Positions 53,712 through 64,000 of a DNA stretch of 64,000 nt are shown here, in pieces. Position 1 is the stretch's first letter; every line of letters begins with the position of its first letter. Under the pieces are notes generated by a model, which ran no database searches, had not been told where the DNA came from, and saw only the letters and a list, made by a program, of their open reading frames with translations. Origin of the DNA: Octopus vulgaris (taxonomy: Eukaryota); assembly GCA_951406725.2 (NCBI GenBank), contig OX597818.1, forward strand, positions 27,962,001 through 28,026,000, given 5' to 3'. A program made the translations under genes and the position numbers.

Positions 53712-55344
53712 TCATGTAGTTTTAATATTACAGTGGGTCATAACAGTAGGTGTAAACTTTAAGAGCAAACTTACCATACCATATCTCTGTACTGATGGTC
53801 CCACAAAATAAATTGGTAAGGTAGGTGAGAGCTGCCTTTTGTTAGTTTTACAGACGTGAGTGTGGGGTCACAATGGGAGACAGTCACAGTTAAGCCAACA
53901 TAAGGAATAGGGCAAAAAAGTGTTAGATGACCAGCCAAAATAAATGCTAGGAACATTTTAAGTGCTGTGCTGGAGATTACAGTGGATTTTTGTTTTTTCA
54001 TTGCATCTGTAAAAGTAACAAAACTCAAAGTGTCAGGACCTTATATTTATGTTGGGTTTTTTTCAAATTTTTGGCTGTCAAAATTCTCAAAGATGAAGTG
54101 TCTTTGACGCCGGGAAATATTGTAAATTCTTATTAAGTTTCTTATTTGTTATTAGTTAAATTCTAAAAGCAAAAACCTAACAACTATTTGTTTTGGTTGT
54201 TTCCTGTCTCTGTTAAACTGCAAATTCTTTCCAAGTTTCTAAACTAACTTACAAAATGGAAACATTCAACTAGGAATTCTTTAACCACTAAGCATTCACA
54301 TACGTCTTCAACTTCTATACAAGGCTTGCATGTTCTTCAGAAATGGAAACCTGCAAAACATCTTGCAATTAATCTTGTTAAAGGTCACCAAAACACAACC
54401 CCACACATCTCAAGAGAAAAATCTGTTACACATCTTTTCACTCACAAATATTTAAACTTAATGTAAATTCAACATTCTTCAAATATTTTTCACTGATCGA
54501 AAATACCCCAACTATCCAAACTTCAGTACCAAACAACTATGACAATAAGCAACCATCACCAAGAAAAATTTCTCATCCCCACATCAGAATCATACAGTAA
54601 ACTCTCCTGACAGTTGCTGCAAAACTACCAAACCAGAAAAATCACATGGGTGAGAGCTGATAGTTATTGGTACAGAAAGCACATGTTCTACAGAGCAACC
54701 TTGATAAATTATTCAAAGATACAATGATCACTGAGATTAACGTGCTATATTGGCAGACAGTTGCACATACAATGCTAGTGGCTGAAGATGAGAATCATAT
54801 GACCAAAAACTAAAGGATCATAACATACTTGAATGTTATATATACATTATATATATTTATCTTGAATGCATTCCTCCAGGATCACTGTAAAACAAATAAT
54901 GTGTTGTGACTGAAGAGTAGGCAGGATGAAAAGAAAGAAGTCTTGTGTTGGGATAAACAGTTTCTTGTTAACCTTCTTTAAGGTAACAAAACAACATTGC
55001 TAAAACTTGCTGACTGTATGACTAGGCTATAAGAAGTTGTTTTGATTCCATTCCTCACTCATGGATAAGAGAATCACTACATTTTGCTGAGGTTCCAAAT
55101 GGTATATTCATTGCTATTAAGGGACTGACAACAACATAGTCCACAAAAGCTATGAATAAGAAATGGAACTACCACTATAGTCACTGACAAAATTACATTA
55201 TCAACAAGAATATTTCTGGGTGACAGCTTATCTGTAAATCTTTTCATCCTAGAAGTGAACCTTTTGTCAGCCTTTTAAGGGCTACATGATAGGATCTGCA
55301 AATGAAAGGAGGATTTGTGTCATCCACATCTATTCTGTTGGTAA

Positions 55345-55381
<37 letters not shown>

Positions 55382-55764
55382 CCCACCCCTCACCACTACT
55401 ACCATCTCACAGTTTTATTTTCCATATTCTTTTGTTCATCCTCATCATCTTTTGTTGATCATAAAAGGTGGATCACTTCTTTTGGGGTGGGATGGTGGGT
55501 AGGTATACCATACTTCACAGTTTAATGTCATCATCCACCCATTGGTTGTCTTGAGTGGAATTCATACCAGACCCTCTACACTTCCTTCAATACCAAAAAT
55601 TAGATCCAAATCTCTTGATCAATCCTCCCTCCTCTTTTCAAACATCCAAAGTTTTTTCTCTCTCCTAGATTCCATATATCACCTCTTGTACACATCTTAT
55701 TTCTCACTATGATGTAAATTTTTTAACACCTATCCATAACCCAACTCCATTGTCCAGATTACAT

Positions 55765-56335
55765 TCATCATCATCATCATCATCGTTTAACGTCTGTTTT
55801 CCATGCTAGCATGGGTTGGGCAGTTCGACCAGGGTCTGGGAAGCCAGGAGGCTGCACCAGGTTCCAGTCTGATCTGGCAGTGTTTCTACAGCTGGATGCT
55901 CTTCCTAACGCCAACCACTCCATGAGTGTAATGGGTGCTTTTTCGTGCCACCGGCACAGAGGCCAGGGGAAGCTGGCAACATCCATGATTGGTTGATGCT
56001 TGGTGTTTTTTACGTGCCACCGGCATGAATATTAGTAAAGGCGGCGCTGGCATTGGCCATGTTCGGATGGTGTTTTTTACATGCCACCAGCATGGGTATC
56101 ACAACTACAATTTCTATTTGATTTTTATTTTGATGTTGATGTACTTGACTCAATAGGTCTCCTCAAGCACAGCAGGTTGCCCTGCAATCCAAGGTAAGCA
56201 CAGCTGACCATCCTGCAAGCCATGAACTCATTTCATTTGTCGTGTCTTCTCAGTCACAGCATATCTCCAGAGGTCTCGGTCTTTCATCATTGCCTGTGTA
56301 AGGCCCAACGCTCAAAGGTCATGCTTGACCACCTC
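55765..56335 (-). mobile_element. RTE 3' end / partner SINE
   Basis: Close reverse-complement match to 47110-47630. Confidence 0.8.
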
Positions 56336-58668
56336 CTCTTCTCAAATTTCATTACAAAACATAGTAGTGCTAGTACATATACAAATGCTGCTCTCCCAAT
56401 ATCTCACCTTTTTCATCTTCATTTCTGCAATCCAACTTTTCAAGTTTTCTTCCCTGATTCCTACATATATGTCTGTTCCCCCTATCATACGCCGAGCTCC
56501 TTAAAATATCAGTAATTCTTTCACCATAGCTTTTCCTGCATTGAAAACATATATTTCAACTCTTTCCTCTTTGTCATCATCCTTGAAGACTTCAATATTC
56601 TCAGATCCTGCAGTGGTCAATTTGGCTTTTCATCCTTTCATGGTTGATAATCAAAGCACAAATCCAGGCTGGGGGGTTAGCAGAGCTACGAAAAGGTTGT
56701 ACCTGATGCCTTTTACTGCTTGTCTTTGTTAACTACCACCTGCAACTTGGATGCTTTTAGTGGAGTCTGCTCAGTTGCTGGCATTCTCTGGTTTGAATAT
56801 GCCTTCCTATTTCCCACAATTTTCAAGAAGCTTTATGTCATGGGCACTGCCTTGCCTTCTCAACTTCCTCCTGTGTTCACCAAATTCTATAATATCTAAC
56901 ACTGTTGGATATACTATGACTATTTATGTAGTGTAAATCCACTCTTCATATCAATACCTTGAAATAATCTTCATAAATCCAAGAATAGTTGTGTATTGCT
57001 TTGATGGGAAATGCTTACAAATTTTATAATCACTATTTTTCTATTCCTTGATTCAAAGATTAGTATCTTTAATTGGATTATCTGAAATCATTAAAAAAAC
57101 ATGTTATGGAAATAAAAGTTGTAAACAACTCTTCCTAAACAGCTATATTAGGATTTTAAAAGATTATTTCTCAATATAGATTCAAAGTAGTTTATTTGAC
57201 AGTTGTATTAAAGCAATGGCATAGTGGTTAATGAATAAGGCATTAACCATTACGCTATATGTAGAATATTCTTACTAAATATCTGCACCAACACTTGGTA
57301 TAAAATAATGAAACGTGTCCTATCTTCAATCATAGATGTATCCCCATGTTTTAGTTAAATGTTGAACTTATTGTTAGAGGACTGCACACACACAAATGTA
57401 TTTTACTTACATGACCCTAGTAAACTGGATGAAAGAAATAATAAATAAAGCTGGTGATCATAACAGTTAAGTTCCCATGTGGGTATGAACTAAGCATGGA
57501 TTCAAATAGGATGTTTAGAAATTTAGCTATGAATTGGCTTATTTCACTGTTGAATTTGAATTACCAGCTGTAGTATAATAGTTAATGCACCATGAAATCA
57601 TGAGGGAGAGGTTCAATTCTAATCATCTCTTCATTTTCATATATCTCTTTTGTTTGCATCTATAATTAATTTATGATACCCAAATAGGCTCTATATAAAA
57701 ATCTACAAGGTGCTTGCATGCATGTGTGAATCAGCTATCACTTGGAATGTAATAAAATATCAATTGTAACATGAGTGTGATACGACAGTCACTATAAATT
57801 GGATTGAATGTGAGATATTCATAACAGTTGAGGACAATGTCATTTGCTAACCATCCACTTTTCATTTACTAGTCACTATTTGGTAGCGAGTATTCAAGTT
57901 TAGGCTATGATTTTATACCAAATGTATAGAAATAGCAAATAAAATGGCAACTAAAAATATGTAACAGTCTCCCTTTTTGTGTAAAAAGTCATTAAAACTT
58001 TAGAACTTATTGCTCTAACGAATCCATGTTTTCTTTACTGTAACTTACGGTAATTTTTACATCTTTTAATATAATTTCTGAGATCATAATTCATATTTTC
58101 TTTCCTTAAGAAGAATTTTGTTTGTACACCTAATTTTAAAGTTCCAGTCATTCTAGTATTTAAGCAAGCGTCTTCTATAATAATACTCTTGTGGTTTTCT
58201 CTGTCACAACATATGAATGAGAAAGGAAGGGGTGATAGCAAACTGGTTGTGGGAGCATTTTAACTCTGTGTGAGTATATGTGTATGTAAAAGGGAGGTAT
58301 GTGAATGTTCGTGTGTGTGTGTATGTGAGTATATGTGTGTGTGTACACGTACAAGTGAAGTATGTGAATGTATGTGTGAACCAGCATTCTTTCAGTAACA
58401 AACGATGATCAATGTCACATCTCAAAAGACAACCACTAGATTACATTGACAAGTGTATTAATTTGATTTACCATCTATATTTATATATAAAATGCTACAA
58501 TTAGCCAGCATTTTTGATGGCACGGGGCCAGCTAGTTGTTTAATATTTAATTATTTTTATGCAAAGCATGTAATCATTTTTCACTAACAACAAGCATCAA
58601 ATAACTCTTTAAGAGATCAGGATCTCATGGTAACATCCCATGTACATTTTTATTATTTTATTTTTCAG

Positions 58669-58676
58669 ATTACTAG
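58669..58676 (+). CDS. candidate terminal coding exon: (D)Y-stop, followed by putative 3'UTR
   Basis: Strong acceptor tttttattattttatttttcAG; phase-1 join to E8 gives GAT TAC TAG; followed by ~1.4 kb poor in recognisable TEs, with AATAAA at 60057. Confidence 0.4.
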
Positions 58677-61115
58677 TGATGGTCCATGTCAGTCTCATTG
58701 TCATCATTTCATGGACTCTTCTTGCAAGCTCTACAGATTTGGACTAAATATCCGATACTACCATAACATTATTGATCTCTGTCTTATTTTTGTATTTAAT
58801 GCATTGACAAATTCTCAATTTATCTTCAGTCTTTATAAATGTCTACCTATAAGCAAACATTTGCATTTATAAAGTAAACCCAGTTAAATTTCTGTATTTC
58901 TTTCCTCTTATATGAGTCATCATCATCTAAATACAGAATGGATATTTAGCAACATGGTTATGAATATCATTGATTTTTGAAACATATTTTGGAACAGTCT
59001 CTTGAAAAAATTTTAAGAATTTGAATTCACAACAATCTTTGACAAATGAGCTGCAATTACGATTGTTTTTTTTTTCTACATTAAACATATTCTTGAAACC
59101 ATTTACAACTTCATGATCAAAGTTTGTGATGTTCACTTTACATAAGTTCTTTATATACTTTCTATCAGTTAACTTCACTTGGATCAATGTATTCAGGTTT
59201 CATTCTGTCACATATATATATATACATAATTTCAGAATTATAGTCCTTGATGTTATCAAGTTTTAAAAGTTATCATTTCAGCGCTTTTGAATCCAGGGTC
59301 AGTTTTCTTTTAAATACTCAAAATATATATACACCAGTTATTTTTTACTTCTTGGTGATTGTGAGGCTATCTTTCCTGTTAACAATTTCAATAGAATTTT
59401 ATTTTACTCTTTCCTAAGATACAAGAACATCCAAATCTAAATTGTTAGAATACATAGATATAAAAGAAACCAAACTTACAGTTTGTACACAAGTAGCCTT
59501 GTGGATGCTAATGGTGATTCTCTGTAACTGCCTGAGATGGGAGATCGATGCTAAGACTTCGTCCAGACAGAGCAAGTTCAAGTCACCATCATGTTGCACA
59601 TGTCTGTCTGCCTTTAGTATTGAAAGGGATACACCCCTCTGGAGGTTAAGCAGCTCGAGCAGTGCCACAGGTGCAGGGATTTTGAGATGCAATGAGTTTG
59701 ACTCAAGAGAGGTGGAAGCATGGCACAGGAGTGACATTTCTCATTCCCAGCATTATGGAGGACTGGGGAAAGAACATTCATGGAAAAGGTTTGGGCATAT
59801 CCAGAGCTGTGTCTGTATGTATGTGTGTGTGTTTGTGTGTTAAAAACTAATTTTGAATGGAATTGAAATTATGTCAGTATTCGCAAAAGTAAGTGACAAG
59901 AAACAGAAAGGTTAAAAAAAAAAAGATATTTGGTTTTACTATAAAAATACAACAGCTCAGTTATTTTTCTTAGCACCATTGTAGGTTATATGTTAATTAC
60001 CTCAAAAATGCAGTCATTGTTTTTAAATAGTACAATTGTTGCATGGAAAATGTGAAAATAAAAATTTTGTATTAAAGATTCATGTGAGAAAGATTATGCA
60101 TGCAACTGATATAATTTCATTCACCAAATTTTCACATCATCCATCTCAAGCATACAAAAAGAATGCACAAAAAAAAAGAGAAAAATGTTATGTCTCAAGA
60201 TAAACAGGAAAGACAGAACTGTTATAAAAAAATATTTTAAATTTAAGTGTCTTGCTTGGTTCATGCTTTTCCTAAATGATTGATATATAGTTTAACTCCT
60301 GCTCACTAAAACAAAAAAGAAAACCAGTCTAATAGGTGGAAAATAATGTGTTGAAAATGAATATGAATATAAAAATTTGTGCAAATGAGGGTTGGTGTGG
60401 AGAGGGCTTTTGGAAAATTCACAAGATTTGATTTTTTCCTCATAACTTTCAGAAAAATGTATATGTATTGATGAAATTTTATAGAAATACCGCTTACATG
60501 GCATAGATTGCGACTATAAAGAAATAAGTGGGGAAAATGTTTTCTGATGCAGTGAGGAGAAGATTTCAGAAAATTCACATAAATTAACATTATAATCCAG
60601 ATTTCACTGGGTATTTTGGTTAGTATATTCATGTGTGTATGTATGTGTATTTATGCATCCTAGGGTATGCATGTGTGTGAGAGAAGTGAAAAGCCAACAT
60701 TAGATTGGATATGGATAGTGACCCATGACTGGAGCACAATTTCAAGTCAAAATGAGAGAGACAGAAGTGTAAAGCATTTTGTTTGAAGAATATGTATTTA
60801 CTGCATATGTCTGTATAGTTGTGTGCGTGTATATGTGCATGTTCATAACTGTAAACTTTTGTATATGTGTATTTCTGTTCATACACAAAAACAAATGCAC
60901 AGATATGTATAAAGTTATCCAGTTGAATAAGTATCTGAAGATACTGCCTCTGCACCTAACTCAACCACTCCATGTCAAATTTTGATGTTTTGCCATCTAC
61001 TTTAACACTCTGATTCTGAAGCTTCACCCACCTCTTTTAAACACTCTTTCAGCCTTCCTATAATGCTTGTAACACATTGGCCTAGTTCAATTTTCAAAGT
61101 GTTACTACAACATAA

Positions 61116-61168
<53 letters not shown>

Positions 61169-61965
61169 CATACACACACACAGAGTAAAGTAATTTATTT
61201 TATAGAAGGAGCTTCTACAGGACTAGAACTGTTTCATATATAGGAAGCTGGCTGTCAAAATAAGTTCAGGTATTTATGCATTTAGGCAGATTTAATGGAG
61301 TGGTGGTGACAGGGGGGGACGTTTTTTGGGTAGGTTGGTATTTAGGAGATAAACAGGGCACAAGCTATTGTTCTTAGGGGAGTGGTCAAAAGGCCAGAGT
61401 GTTTTTTGAAATGAGAAGAATCAGTGAGAAAATAAATAAATAAATAAATAAATGAATAAATAGAATAAATGAATAGAAACCCCAAGAATAGTATTTCAAC
61501 AGATATATGGGATGGGATTTTAGGTAAAATAGAAGACAATTGCTTTTAGGTGGTCAAGAAGAGGTAGGCAGTTTGTTATTGTTAGGTGGAGGGAATAAAT
61601 AGATAAATATACATGAAAAAACATAAAAAAATATCCAAATCCACTCACAAGACTTTGGTCGGCCTGAGGTTATAGTAGAAGACAGTTGCCCAAGGTACTA
61701 CACAGTGGGACTGAACCCGGAACCATGTGGTTGGTAAGGAAGCTACTTACTACACAGCCACTCCTATATGTATATATATATATATATGTGGCACGTAAAA
61801 AGCACCCACTACACTCACGGAGTGGTTGGCGTTAGGAAGGGCATCCAGCTGTAGAAACATTGCCAAATTTAGACTGGAGCCTGGTGCAGCCTTCTGGCTT
61901 CCCAGAACCCCGGTCGAACCGTCCAACCCATGCTAGCATGGAGAACGGACGTTAAACGACGATGA

Positions 61966-62022
<57 letters not shown>

Positions 62023-62365
62023 TACATACATATGTTGGGGTGTCCATGTTAGTATTTGGGTGTGTTGGTGAGCGTGTTTGTGGGTGAATGCTCTGTTCAA
62101 ATATATATATATATATGTGTATATCATTTATTGTTAATGCAGGTATGCGTGTATTTCTGTTTATATCTGTATGTAGATGCATATATATATGCATGTATAT
62201 GTATGTGTATATGCATATGTATATATATGTGTGTGTATGTGTATTTGTAAGTATGTTTTTGAATGTGTAAATATATATATATATGTATATGTGTGTATAT
62301 GTATATATATAGATGTGTGTGTATGAGTGTATGTATGTCTATGTATCTGTATATGTATGTACGTG

Positions 62366-62406
<41 letters not shown>

Positions 62407-62659
62407 CTTTAAACTCTGGCTCTGTTGACACTTATATATAAGAGAATTGTTTATATATAAAAAAAATGTATATAAGTTGAAGCAAATTGTTGATCTTTTG
62501 ATGTTTTAATAATTGTTTATGTTATGTTATATCATATTCATAATATATTATGTTATAATATAAATAAATTATTAGAATGTCAATTGTATCTCTCCATTTA
62601 ATTTTATCTTTATACATATATATTTACATACATATATGTAATATGTACATGTATACATA

Positions 62660-62716
<57 letters not shown>

Positions 62717-63389
62717 ATATATATACATACATATATATGTATGTATATATATAAATTTATATAATTAAGGATAAGATCGTTAATCTAAAAATAAAATAAC
62801 GATTTTATCAAGTGGTTAGCATGGAAAAAAAATAACCTTTAAAGGTAATAATTATTAAAATTATGTATTAGGGAATCTACGAGATACTACCATGCTGAAA
62901 ATAGCAGTCACGATCTGACTCTAAAACCACCTTAATTGTCCATATATCAACATGGAGAGAAAACAAATAGACAAGATGAAACTAGTAAAAAATTACTGGA
63001 TAATTCTAGATCCCGGACTTCTGACTTTTTATTTAGGAATGCTTTGCCTCGTTAGTAGAATACACACACACGAGAAACATAAATACATACACACATACAT
63101 AGGTAATTAAATATTAGAGTATAGCTAGGCTAAAGATATTCAATAGTTTATTAATGTTTTTATTAAGCTAAATTATATCTTCACAGATAAATACATTTTT
63201 CCATATATTGACTCTATTTTTTTTACCTTCAATATTTAACACGATAAATGTATTGTAGACAACTGGTCCTAATGTTTTAAGTTTCAAATTATATAATGGA
63301 GTTTCTTTTATAAGAAAAATCATTATTTCATTATTTTATTTTTTAAACTCTATTTGCTTATTTATTTAACTATTATTGTTATTATTGTT

Positions 63390-63490
63390 AACCTGAAGAG
63401 TGACTATAATTATAAATTGAATTGATATTCGATTAAATTTAAATTTAATTGTAATTCGAATTTATTTATAGCCATGAAATGTGCGTAGTT
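63390..63490 (+). ncRNA. type I hammerhead-like motif in a dispersed repeat
   Basis: AAC-CTGAAGA-GTG..long AT-rich stem II..CAT-GAAA-TGTGCG-TA-GTT; 5'-truncated paralog at ~5266-5510. Confidence 0.5.
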
Positions 63491-64000
63491 TTTTTTACTT
63501 ACTATATATTGATTATTCATTTTTGTACCTTTTGTGATCTAGTTATATATTTCTAAAAAATATATTTTATTTTTTATTTATGATTTGGTTTATGTCTATC
63601 ATTGTTTGAATTGCATAATAGTGGTTTCTCTAATTTATGTATTATACACACACACGCACGCACACACACACACGCACACACACGCACACACACACATACA
63701 CACACACATATATATCATTCTGTGTATATCTTGTATAGTGCTAAAAAATACAAGTGTATCAGTAGCAGTAAAAAGCATCCAGCAACACTAGCAGCAGTGG
63801 AAATTGCTAAATCTGGATTTAAGATCACATGAGAGACAGAGTAGTATACTCACTTAGTGGTAACTCTTAATAGCCACTGTAGTATGGAAATAGTCTTGTA
63901 TGAGGTAAAGGTAACATCAAAAGACCAGGTATGTGGAAGTATGTCTGAGCAACAGAAGATCCTTTTAGGACCATATTCAATAACCATAATCCCCTCTTTA

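Overview
AT-rich, microsatellite-dense eukaryotic DNA. The repeat families resemble those of a coleoid cephalopod (octopus-like); this is my recognition, not a database result. Most of the window is decayed transposons: RTE-type, CR1/L2-type and R4/Dong-type LINEs, Penelope-like elements with several hammerhead-ribozyme-like motifs, Tc1/mariner/pogo, a Helitron derivative, SINEs and MITEs. The ORF track misses the main feature, a + strand host gene fragment made of eight symmetric phase-1 microexons (42 or 60 nt, 19458-42693). They splice into one stop-free 130-codon frame in which each exon carries one or two tyrosine motifs (YASI, YATI, YVNF, YAEI+YLCM, YAEI, YVNI, YLEM, YINV). The exons arose by tandem duplication of exon plus flanking intron. 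There are two candidate stop-bearing exons, at 46439 (..AV*) and 58669 (..DY*). The product looks like an exon-modular phosphotyrosine docking tail of a receptor or adaptor whose 5' part is probably upstream of the window. Splicing and function are inferred, not observed.
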